Origin: a virus
Virus record (IMG/VR): IMGVR_UViG_3300006919_000043
Coordinates: 1 to 64,000 of that record
DNA: 64,000 nucleotides
Strand: one strand, 5' to 3'
Each line of letters begins with the position of its first letter. The stretch's first letter is position 1. This document shows, in pieces, positions 28,455 through 37,900 of this stretch. The notes under the pieces are model-generated. The model had not been told where the DNA came from, did not search any database, and saw nothing but the letters and a program-made list of their open reading frames with translations. The position numbers were made by a program, and so were the translations under genes.

Positions 28455-29151
28455 GATACTATACATTGACAACCGTGAAAGGTCGGGTCTTGAACAGGCA
28501 GTGAAAGATAAGGCCGACAAAGCCGGTATCAAGTGGGAAGTAAATCAAAATCTTATCACTGATTACTCATACGGGCAAATTGGCATTGAGGCCAAAAGCA
28601 TAGATGATTATTTTTCCTCACTACAAGGCGGGCACCTTGCCAGTCAATTAGCGAGCATGGATGAAAACTACAACCACATGATACTGGTCATTCACGGTAA
28701 GTTAGACGCTTACATATCCCGTTTGAAGAAGCGTGGTAATAGAACACCATACGCACGCATACAGGCTCAATTTGTGGGTTCGCTTGCGAGGCTTGATGTG
28801 GACTATGATATGACCATCATGCACTTTCCTACGCCCTCCACAGCCGCCTATTGGATTGTTCAGCGTTGTGCTAAAGACGGCACACTGGGTAGTATATCCA
28901 CATACAGAACAATGAGGCGAACATCAAGCGAGGATATACGCATTGATGGGCTAAGGGCACTTGGTTGTAGCGAAGCGATAGCGAAGCGGTTGCTCAAGGA
29001 GTTTGGTTCAATCACCGAGATCGCTGGTGCTAATGCAAAGGAATTGATGGCTCTTGAAGGCATAGGAAAAATCCGTGCTAAGGCAATTGTAAATGCTCTA
29101 AATAGTGAGTCGGCTGTGTCAAAAGAGAAGGTAAAAATCACCAACGCCTAA
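28447..29151 (+). CDS. ERCC4/XPF-family structure-specific nuclease with HhH domain
   Basis: IDNRE, IEAKSIDD..SL..GHL.SQ, C-terminal LEGIGKIRA. Confidence 0.88.
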   Translation: MSKILYIDNRERSGLEQAVKDKADKAGIKWEVNQNLITDYSYGQIGIEAKSIDDYFSSLQGGHLASQLASMDENYNHMILVIHGKLDAYISRLKKRGNRTPYARIQAQFVGSLARLDVDYDMTIMHFPTPSTAAYWIVQRCAKDGTLGSISTYRTMRRTSSEDIRIDGLRALGCSEAIAKRLLKEFGSITEIAGANAKELMALEGIGKIRAKAIVNALNSESAVSKEKVKITNA

Positions 29152-29201
29152 GCGTTGATATATGAGAGGCAAATAGGGCAAAGTCCAACGGAGGTAGTGA
29201 G

Positions 29202-30740
29202 ATGGGAATATCAGTTAATAGTGACATGAATGATATAATGGCGCAACAAAGACAGTGGGATGATTACCAAGTCGTAGCAAGTGAAAACGAAGGTTCAAGG
29301 TTTATTCGTGGATATATTGAGCGTTTCAATACTGTATCGTTTTTCAACGAATACGCTGGCCTGTTGTCCTTCTTTTTCGTCATGGGTCAATTGTGTGCCC
29401 CATACATGAGAATACCCATACACGGCACTTTCATTGATTGCAGGGTGCATATTTATTGGATTCAACAATCAAGGACTGGTAAATCAATTGCATGGGAATT
29501 TACGGACAGGTTGTTAGATGCTTGCGGTATTGAGAGCGATACTTTCACCGCAGGTTCGGATGCTAAACTCATAGGAACAGTCCAGCAAACACCCGTTGTT
29601 GATGAGAATGGTCGCCCAACGGGTGAAGTCAATCACATCACTGTGCCGGGTTTGCTGAACGGCTACAAGACACTACTGTTCGATGAGGCTTCTATATTGT
29701 TAAATGACTCAAAAGCGCACTTTTCCGATAAGATCCTTTACCTTCAACAAGCGATGGCACCTTTAGGTTCACGAACCAATGTATTGGTTAAGCACCTTGT
29801 TGGTGGCGATGTGAGAACACCATCGGGTGTTTCACTGTGGATGACAACATTCCCGCCAAAAGACATCATGGCACATGTGCTGGACAAAGGTTTCTTTCAG
29901 CGTGTATTCTTATTCCAAAACGACATATCCAGTGAACAGCGACAAACCACCAGCGAACACCGTGTGGGTGGTGCTTATGTCCGTGTGCGTGAGGAAATCA
30001 TGGACTACGGCAATTTGGCTGAATATCTTACAGCGTGTGTCAATGATGTAAGAGAACGCCTGTTTGATGCTATGGGTCTTTCGTGGCAAACTGTGGAGAT
30101 TAGAAACGAAGAAGGCGAGTTAGAAGAACGCCGTATAAGCCGTGAAGATGTGTGGGCACAGATGGAAGATGGTGAGCGTGAGCAAGCCGCTATGAGGCAC
30201 GCACACGACATATTCACCGTATCATCGGGCTACCACCCAGCGATACTCAACGCTGTTGACGATTACTATGGCTTGGTCAACAACATAGCCAGTGAGAATG
30301 TCCGTGAAACAGCACTGTCATTCTTGCCTAACATAGAAAACTATACTATGATTTTCTCCAACTTGATTGCGGTTCTCATGCGTTCACCACAAATAACTGA
30401 AGATCATGTGATGATGGCGAGCGAGATAATCTTCGATAACTTACACAATCTAACTATTTGGCTTGAACAAAAAGAATCGGCTAAGGATAGAAAGAAGGTT
30501 AGTGCCGAGCGTGCGTCATGGATGGCCGCATTCCGCCAGTGTCAAAAGTATGTCAATGAGGCTGATGGTATCGAGAGAGTCATGCAATCCGATCTTCTCA
30601 AGGTGTATGCGGCACAACAATCGGTTGCCGATATAACAGCACAGCGAAGATACAACGCACTGCGTAAAGGTGGGCAGGTTGAGGTTGTCAAGCAAGGAAA
30701 AGGCGGTCGCAATTATGTATCTTTCAAGTGGGGGAATTGA
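29202..30740 (+). CDS. MCM-like AAA+ replicative helicase (divergent, no typical N-terminal domain)
   Basis: SRTGKS Walker A, T.AGSDAKLIG, PGLL, LLFDEA Walker B, LQQAM, FFQR. Confidence 0.7.
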   Translation: MGISVNSDMNDIMAQQRQWDDYQVVASENEGSRFIRGYIERFNTVSFFNEYAGLLSFFFVMGQLCAPYMRIPIHGTFIDCRVHIYWIQQSRTGKSIAWEFTDRLLDACGIESDTFTAGSDAKLIGTVQQTPVVDENGRPTGEVNHITVPGLLNGYKTLLFDEASILLNDSKAHFSDKILYLQQAMAPLGSRTNVLVKHLVGGDVRTPSGVSLWMTTFPPKDIMAHVLDKGFFQRVFLFQNDISSEQRQTTSEHRVGGAYVRVREEIMDYGNLAEYLTACVNDVRERLFDAMGLSWQTVEIRNEEGELEERRISREDVWAQMEDGEREQAAMRHAHDIFTVSSGYHPAILNAVDDYYGLVNNIASENVRETALSFLPNIENYTMIFSNLIAVLMRSPQITEDHVMMASEIIFDNLHNLTIWLEQKESAKDRKKVSAERASWMAAFRQCQKYVNEADGIERVMQSDLLKVYAAQQSVADITAQRRYNALRKGGQVEVVKQGKGGRNYVSFKWGN

Positions 30741-30741
30741 T

Positions 30742-31287
30742 ATGAAAGGAATGGCTGTATTGTATGATTTTGAATTTGAAGATGGCTACCGTAAAGATGC
30801 CGATATTTGGCTCATCGCCACATGGGATGGCAACAAAGCGGTTGTTTATACCGATGCGTCTATGAGCGAAAAGATCCTAAAGGCTGAATTAAAAGACTTA
30901 TCGGAATGGGATATTAATGATGATGAATATGTTGGTCACAATTTGCATAGCCTGTTTGACGGCAAGGCATTTGATATTCTCAAAGCAACCAAACAGGCCA
31001 GTGCGCCTGTGCTTCAAAATGAAGGTAAGCGTTTTCAATTATATGATTTAGCAAGGTGGAACGGTGTGCGTGGCATACCCATTGAGTTTGTTACACGAAT
31101 GAGGAAAGCAACCGCATGGTTTAGAGGCCAGCACATAAAGTCGGCAAGATGGGCAATCGAAGATGCCATAATGTGTCATGACCTGTTCAATAAAGTGAAA
31201 AGGAAAGGACATGTTAGATTTCTTGACGCAAAGACCGGCAAACGGCCTTCGGCCAGTGTTTCGTGGTCAATTGCAGAAGAGGAATAG
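30742..31287 (+). CDS. degenerate RNase H-fold (DnaQ/YprB-like) exonuclease
   Basis: YVGHN, FDIL, L.DLA.WN, W..G......WAIEDA.MCHDLF. Confidence 0.5.
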   Translation: MKGMAVLYDFEFEDGYRKDADIWLIATWDGNKAVVYTDASMSEKILKAELKDLSEWDINDDEYVGHNLHSLFDGKAFDILKATKQASAPVLQNEGKRFQLYDLARWNGVRGIPIEFVTRMRKATAWFRGQHIKSARWAIEDAIMCHDLFNKVKRKGHVRFLDAKTGKRPSASVSWSIAEEE

Positions 31288-31289
31288 GA

Positions 31290-31514
31290 ATGCCTTACCA
31301 ATGGTGGGAATGTGGCACCAAGAAGTGCGACAAGAAAAAAAAATGGTCAATTGCTAAAAGGCCGGGATGCCGAAACTGTGGTCGAAAAAAGAATATGGAG
31401 ATAATGGAACCTCAACCTCCACCACCGAAAGACTTTTTCAAGCAAGACCGTATAGAGGCCGCAGATCGTGTGTTAAAGGGCTGGATTGATACCTTCAAGG
31501 GTCGCTCAAAATAG
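31290..31514 (+). CDS. small Zn-ribbon protein; last gene of the + arm
   Basis: CGTKKC..CRNCG; stop overlaps the convergent MTase stop. Confidence 0.6.
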   Translation: MPYQWWECGTKKCDKKKKWSIAKRPGCRNCGRKKNMEIMEPQPPPPKDFFKQDRIEAADRVLKGWIDTFKGRSK

Positions 31515-32861
31515 ACGCTGTTGTAGTGTAGTCGGCATTTGTAGTCCTTTCAACCCGAACATCTCCACCTGTGGGAATTTGTTTGATTTTGGCTTACGAA
31601 GCCACGGATATAAAGTGTAGCCACTGTCTAACGCATCTTTGATATATTCCTCTAATGGTTGGTTCTTATCCTTAGCATACATGTAGTTAGACAGTATAGA
31701 TGGTCCGGAATGTTCCCTGCCTAAGCGCAAAATACCACGCTGGAAATCATCGTATGTTCTCCCCAACTGCTGTAAGCCCGTAGCACCATAATCCATATCA
31801 CGGGATATGTAAGGCGGATCTAGATACAACAGGTCGGTGGGTCGTAACAAATCACCGATGTCTAACGCATTACCCTGTGTAATATCCACGCCTTTGTAGC
31901 GTGGTGCGTAAGCATCGAGATTTATTTTACGACTCATAAAAGGAAAAGCACGGAAGTCCTTTGCTTTCTTTTTCTCCGCTTCACTGAACCCATCCCACGA
32001 ACCCTGTGCGTGGTATCTGTTGAATTGTTCCATAGTGGCTTGACTGTTATCTCGGAATTTTTGGTTGGGGTATCGGCCTTCTGTATATGGCACACGATAA
32101 TCGCCTTCAAAATTCTTCATGGGCACTTCTTTGCCTTTCTCGTTCATTTCGGTGCGACCCTGCCAATCTGTGCCTCTCCAATCGGTGCGGAAACTTGCTA
32201 AGTTATTTCCTACAAACAAGCGAGCCATTCTCAACATTTCCTCATCGGTCATGTCCTCTCCATGCACATCACGCCTCATTCTCAAATGGTTCAATTCGGC
32301 AAAGTTATCATCTAACTCCTGTTGATTTTGAGGAATTACTACATCACCCATGCCTCTCTTGGCCTGTCTATGTATGTTCACTATATCGGGATTCATGTCA
32401 TTAATCAGCCCAGTGCCACGATTCATACCTAACACGAATGAACCACTACCACCCATAGCCTCAACGGGTCTATCCCATTCACCTAACTTTGATGCCATTA
32501 CACGAAACTTAGGCATCTCACTGGTCTTACCCCCCTCCCAATTGATGAAACTTGTGAGCATATTGTTTTCCGAATCAGTAAATCCTCTCATAGCATCAAA
32601 GATAGGTTGAGGGTCTTGTCCGGCCAGCACTGCGTTACGCATAGCCATGAGGGGCGTTCCCTCACGCCTACCAATAGAACCCTCTCTTTGCGCCTTTGTG
32701 GGCTTGAAAGGCGGGGCTGGTAGTGCTTGCCCTTCTTCTGTGAGTAAGCGCAAGGATTCGACAATCATAGGGTCTAATTCGTCTATGTCCTCATACTCAA
32801 CTCCGTTGAATACAATACCTTTCATGATCGACCACGCTTCGGAGAACGCATCACGATTCAT
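31506..32861 (-). CDS. Dam/D12-class N6-adenine DNA methyltransferase with insertions
   Basis: NWEGGK, EAMGGSGS, INDMNPDIVN, YLDPPY, LSN. Confidence 0.85.
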   Translation of the reverse strand: MNRDAFSEAWSIMKGIVFNGVEYEDIDELDPMIVESLRLLTEEGQALPAPPFKPTKAQREGSIGRREGTPLMAMRNAVLAGQDPQPIFDAMRGFTDSENNMLTSFINWEGGKTSEMPKFRVMASKLGEWDRPVEAMGGSGSFVLGMNRGTGLINDMNPDIVNIHRQAKRGMGDVVIPQNQQELDDNFAELNHLRMRRDVHGEDMTDEEMLRMARLFVGNNLASFRTDWRGTDWQGRTEMNEKGKEVPMKNFEGDYRVPYTEGRYPNQKFRDNSQATMEQFNRYHAQGSWDGFSEAEKKKAKDFRAFPFMSRKINLDAYAPRYKGVDITQGNALDIGDLLRPTDLLYLDPPYISRDMDYGATGLQQLGRTYDDFQRGILRLGREHSGPSILSNYMYAKDKNQPLEEYIKDALDSGYTLYPWLRKPKSNKFPQVEMFGLKGLQMPTTLQQRLF

Positions 32862-32872
32862 AAACCAACGCC

Positions 32873-33034
32873 TCACTTTTTCGTATGCCTAAGACCCGAC
32901 CAGCATATCTCTTGTAATTCGGCATCATCTTCAAAGATAGTGAAATTCAATTCATCGGTGTTAATTGTATCATAAGCAATCCAAGTCACAATAAAGCCAA
33001 CTATCATTCCACCTACAAACAAATATCCTATCAT
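32873..33034 (-). CDS. small single-TM membrane protein (53 aa, not in ORF track)
   Basis: MIGYLFVGGMIVGFIVTWIAY then acidic tail; ATGA overlap with the upstream gene. Confidence 0.65.
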   Translation of the reverse strand: MIGYLFVGGMIVGFIVTWIAYDTINTDELNFTIFEDDAELQEICWSGLRHTKK

Positions 33035-33306
33035 CTATCTCTCGCCACCCTTTGTCCACCTGCACCTAATTGCCTTCGCATCTTAGGTCTTGCGCCCGAA
33101 CCGCTACCTCTCTTCTTACTTCTCTTGTATCGGTTCGCTGTTCGCTTGGATTTGTTCTTGCGTGATACACCCCACGCCCTTCTTTTTGCCTGTCGTTCAG
33201 CACGGCCTGTGAGAGTATTCTTAGAATAACCTCTAAAATTGCCTTTAATTACTGACCATCCGACATCTGCGGCACGCTTTTCAACTTGGGATTTGCGTTC
33301 CGCCAT
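33031..33306 (-). CDS. small, highly basic (Arg/Lys-rich) protein
   Basis: 91 aa, very R/K-rich; GGTGA RBS. Confidence 0.7.
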   Translation of the reverse strand: MAERKSQVEKRAADVGWSVIKGNFRGYSKNTLTGRAERQAKRRAWGVSRKNKSKRTANRYKRSKKRGSGSGARPKMRRQLGAGGQRVARDR

Positions 33307-33485
33307 ATATCACCGCACGATGGACATTCCCATAAAAATATCCTATCACGACTACCCGCATAGAACCCATTTATGCGTATTGCCAGCACTTCGGAATTAC
33401 AGGATTTGCATACTTGTGTTACCTTAGACTTGTATGTTCGTGACTTTATACCAATCAAATCTAAATCCACTTCAATACCCCGCAT
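33249..33485 (-). CDS. Zn-ribbon protein
   Basis: CKSC...WECPSCG. Confidence 0.6.
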   Translation of the reverse strand: MRGIEVDLDLIGIKSRTYKSKVTQVCKSCNSEVLAIRINGFYAGSRDRIFLWECPSCGDIWRNANPKLKSVPQMSDGQ

Positions 33486-34587
33486 GTGTGTAAGTTACTT
33501 GAACCAATTGGGATGGCATATTCACCAGCGTAGTTATCACTTTACCCGAAACGGAATAGTCAACTCCTTCGGTCAAAAGCCCACCGGAAAAAGGGTCGGG
33601 ATTTTCTATTGAAATTAAATGTAAATTGTTGACTTGAGATAATAGTGGTTCAAAGGCCAGTGGTGCTATCGGACCGGCTTGAGCAGGGGTGGTAATGTGT
33701 TCCTTTTCCATTCGATGAACCGGTGTTATTTGATACGAACCACCATTACCTACACCCACCGCTTGGTCGGACTGGAAAAACAAATGCGTTTGCCCAGCCC
33801 CATGTGGTTGAGTATTGCTTGGTGAATGCCCTGTCGGATCTCTCGTATAGAACATACCAAGTCCGGCTATCGGTAAGTTTCCAGCGTTCAATGCTGGTGT
33901 CAAAGAATAATCATTCAATGGATCTGTTCCAGCACCGCCAGCATTCACCAACTTAGTCAACGGTATCGGACCACCACGAATGAACATGCGCTTATCTTCT
34001 ATGGCGGCTACATTCAAAGGATTAGCAAAGGTAACACGCACTGCACCCAACACAACTGATTGTTTGACAAGGTGTGAATACGGCATCTGTGGATATACAC
34101 CAGTGCTTATGTCAACAATATCTCCACAAACCAAACCAATGTTGTTGCTGTTTTGTATTTCGGGGTCAACTATCACAAGAACCCAGCATTCTTGGTTTGC
34201 TTGTGTTGGTAAAACCATACCTGCGGCATTGAACCGTGAATTGTAATAACTCGCTGTGTCAATGTTGAAAGCGTTAGCCGAGCCAACATTGTAAAAACAG
34301 CCGTCAAGACAAGCCACACCTTGATCGACAAAGATTGAGTTAGTGCCACCACCACTGTTTGGTCTTACCACACAATTTCCAACAAGTGGATTATTCCTAT
34401 CACTACCACCACTATCTTGAGAATAGTTTGTTAGCGTTATGGGCACAACCCCGTTGTGAATACCACGCTCAACCATGTTGGTTAGTGTGGCTGATGATAG
34501 GACATCTGTATCTCGCAAGCCATCGGCTTGCCATGTAGCACCTGTTCCCGTCTTTTCGTGCCCTTCATTCAGTCCTGTCGTGCCCAT
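33472..34587 (-). CDS. putative tail-tip/baseplate protein
   Basis: 371 aa, beta-rich, DQGVACLDG..IEDKR pattern; distal end of the tail module. Confidence 0.55.
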   Translation of the reverse strand: MGTTGLNEGHEKTGTGATWQADGLRDTDVLSSATLTNMVERGIHNGVVPITLTNYSQDSGGSDRNNPLVGNCVVRPNSGGGTNSIFVDQGVACLDGCFYNVGSANAFNIDTASYYNSRFNAAGMVLPTQANQECWVLVIVDPEIQNSNNIGLVCGDIVDISTGVYPQMPYSHLVKQSVVLGAVRVTFANPLNVAAIEDKRMFIRGGPIPLTKLVNAGGAGTDPLNDYSLTPALNAGNLPIAGLGMFYTRDPTGHSPSNTQPHGAGQTHLFFQSDQAVGVGNGGSYQITPVHRMEKEHITTPAQAGPIAPLAFEPLLSQVNNLHLISIENPDPFSGGLLTEGVDYSVSGKVITTLVNMPSQLVQVTYTHAGY

Positions 34588-34928
34588 TATCTCACTTCCA
34601 TTACTACATCTATTCTTACTTCATTGGTAGCGTTCTTACTTATTGGTATGAAAGAGGATCTAAACGCTGGGTCGTCTAACGGTGTGCTACCGTGTATCAC
34701 GACTTCTTTGATTGATTGCGAAGATACTTGGTCGGTTCCAAATATTGCATTGACCGATATGGTTCTATCATCAACACGCTGAACCACAGGCGTTTTAGTC
34801 AATGCAACATTACCTACACCGTTGTTCCTTCTTGACGCTTCTCCACCTGTTGTTCCAAGACTCATGTTTTTCATAAGAGTCTGTAAATGGTCTGTTAATT
34901 TTGCTTTTATTGAATCTAATATTGGCAC
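34587..34928 (-). CDS. putative baseplate/tail protein
   Basis: 113 aa, SLGT.G..IKEV..F.PISK..EVRID. Confidence 0.55.
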   Translation of the reverse strand: MPILDSIKAKLTDHLQTLMKNMSLGTTGGEASRRNNGVGNVALTKTPVVQRVDDRTISVNAIFGTDQVSSQSIKEVVIHGSTPLDDPAFRSSFIPISKNATNEVRIDVVMEVR

Positions 34929-37900
34929 TATCTCACCTCGTAAAACACCGACTTAGAATGACCCAGTGGGTCTGCCCTGTTAGAACTTACCCTAAATTCT
35001 GCCCCATCGGGTATGGTTACTAAATTATTGGCTGTAAGCGTGAATTGAAGAACCGATACTGGGTCAACTGCTACCACCCCAACAAATTGCCCATCGGTCA
35101 AATACACACGGTCATTGGCTTTTATTCGTGTTCTCACATCAACACCATTGACCGCAATAAACGGTGTTGTATTAGCGTTTATACCACCGTTCTTTAGCAC
35201 ACCAGTAAGACCACCCTTGACACCAATAGCACCCAACTGACTGGTTTGCTCGGTGTTTCGCCACCTACCACCAATCAACAGCCTGTTGTTAAGGACAAGC
35301 CTTGTCAATATTCTTTGTGCTGATAGTATGCGAACAGTGTCCGACATACTTACTGATACTTGTTCACTAAATTCTCCCGTTGGTTTCTCACTGGTGGTTT
35401 GTAATGAAGATAATATATCCGCCAACAATCCTTCAATACCCTTTTCATACTGTCCTATGACCATAGATGTCATTCCGGTAGTGCTATCGTGCGTTGTTTC
35501 AAACACAGCGAACAGTCCTTTGATACCTTCATTTGTAAAGTCCACCGCTATGATTTCACCGGGTTCAATATGGCTGGCACTTACTAAACCATCAACCTTA
35601 ATGAGCGAAGCACCTTGCTCACTTCTATTCATAATTCTCTTAGCCATTTTCTTTGCTACGGAGTTAGATGTCAAACCGGCTACAATATTTGTTGAAGTCC
35701 TTGTTACGCCTTCTTCATTACCAGTGCCGCCCATTTGTTTTATTTTCTCTAAATCTTTTATCTCGGAACGCACCTTTTCATTCTCCGCCAACCTTTCACC
35801 TTCAACAATAACATGGTTAGCCATTTCTAACATAGCACTTATCTCTATGTTTTGAGGACCACTACTTGTTCCAAGTCGCTTCTCCTTTGCTACAAAGGCA
35901 TCGTTTGAATACAATATAATTCCGTTGCTATCCATTACCAACTGCTTGTCGTCAAACTGGGATAGCGTTCTCAAAACCTCCATCAAACCAACACCATTGA
36001 CATCTCGATCTGTAAATACACTGCTATGTTCAACGGTGGCATACAATGAAGGGTGTGCGTTCAAATACGCTTCTTGTGATTGTCCACCCATAGACCCACC
36101 CAAATCAGTAACAAGAGCATTTTCAACAACCTTTTGCGATAATACCGACTCATAAGGTAGTAAATCGGCACCGGCAATTGTTTGTTCAACATCTTTCAAT
36201 AACATCAAAGCGGCATCACTGGTTCTTACACCAACGCTCATGTAGTGTGCAAGCCTAACATATCCATCTAAAGAAATACCGGAGTCTGCCAGTGAGTTTT
36301 CTTTTAGGTTACGGAATTTCAATGTGTTGTCAACAGCACCCGATACTCTCCACCGGTTTCTTGCGGCATCGAGTAAATATGGGGAGAAGTGATTTGACGA
36401 AAGAGCCTTACCATCAACATATACAGTGGTTAAACCGCCTGTTCCCGGCTTGCGTATGTAAGACAATGAACCCTCTTTGTTTCCATCGTTTAGCACAAAA
36501 CGCTGGGGAGTTAGCATTGTGAAGTCCGAAGGTTCGTAATGACCCAAAGCACGATATGAGAGTGCTGTGGATATTGGTGTGTCATTAAGTGTGTTTGTCG
36601 CCTCCCACTTTTCAGCCTCATAACCAGCCATCGTGATAGCATTATCAACAAACGAAGGCAACACTACCAGCGAATGCCTTGATGGATATGTATTCGCTAT
36701 TGTGGATTTTACAGTAATTGATGCGTTCTTTCCAAATATTACCTCCCTACCGGACAAGTCGTTAATCGAAAGACAATCTCCGGTTGAATTATAAACAAAG
36801 AAATGGTTTTCATCTCGGCTGTTGTAAAATAATGACCCACTCAAACCAATAATAACCAGTGAACCCGAATATGGGAAGCCTGTTGCATCTTCAACAACTA
36901 ACATATTCCCAGCATCAACTTTGATGGTAGTCCTTGAGCCAAGCGTAGTCATTGTATGATCTGGTTGGGCACGCACAGCAATCTCATCGTTTGCCATTCT
37001 CAAATACGGTCGCATTCTCTTGAATTGATTTGTATAATTCAATCCCGTTTGCACTTCTGTTTGTGATACAATATCACCACCACCGGGGTGTGTGCTTTGA
37101 GAATATCTTGCATCAATCTTGGTGTCTAATTGTCCGTCTTGATTTCGTCTTGCCGCATCGGATTTGAAGTGTTGAAGCATGTTAGCACTGGGTATTAGAT
37201 GCCAAACTTCATTTCGATTGTTCCCATCCGGCCATGTCATGACTGGTGATCTATCTTCACTTGCTGTAATAGGTTCAATGTTACCATAGGTTTTGTTGCT
37301 GTTTAACTCAAACATGCCGTATCTCTTATCACGGGTGAATGGCTGGTGGGTGTTACCCGTTTGCGACAGTGTGCTAAACCCACCAAGCAACCATCCGTCT
37401 TGACCCAAATCAATGCCACCACCTTGTTGCCTTGACGACCAGCCAAAGACTTTCAATGGCCTTACCATACGCATGATGTAGTGTGCTTCTTTACGCACTG
37501 GTTGTAAAGTCGCTGACGACTGTGGTGCATTGAATCCAGTGTTGCTAAGGGCACCGCTTATATCTCCAACTGGCGTAATTGAGCGAACCCTGTTACTGTT
37601 TTCTTCATACTCTAACCATTCTCGCTTCAAAATATACACACCACCCCACGGTGGTAAATCACCACAGCCTCTTACAGCCCAATGGTCTTTTATGTATTCA
37701 GTAAAGTTAGATACTGTATCGCTCAATGTTGGACTACCTAGATCGGCTTTACCATTCAAAATCCATTCGGGATAAGATGTCCTTTGGTTAGTGCCCAATC
37801 CATCCGGACCTCCGTATGTTCGTTCAAAGGTCGAAGCATTGGTTCTTGATGAACCAGCGTTCTTTGACATAACAGTTTCAGTAACATAAGATGGAGTCAA

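Noticed and set aside
17838-30740. Inteins in RFC, PolB or the helicase
   Set aside because: Lengths are compact and no splice-junction motifs interrupt the conserved blocks.
31506-31535. C-terminal QQRLF of the Dam-like MTase as a clamp-binding motif
   Set aside because: It resembles the bacterial beta-clamp motif rather than a PIP box and is too short to trust.
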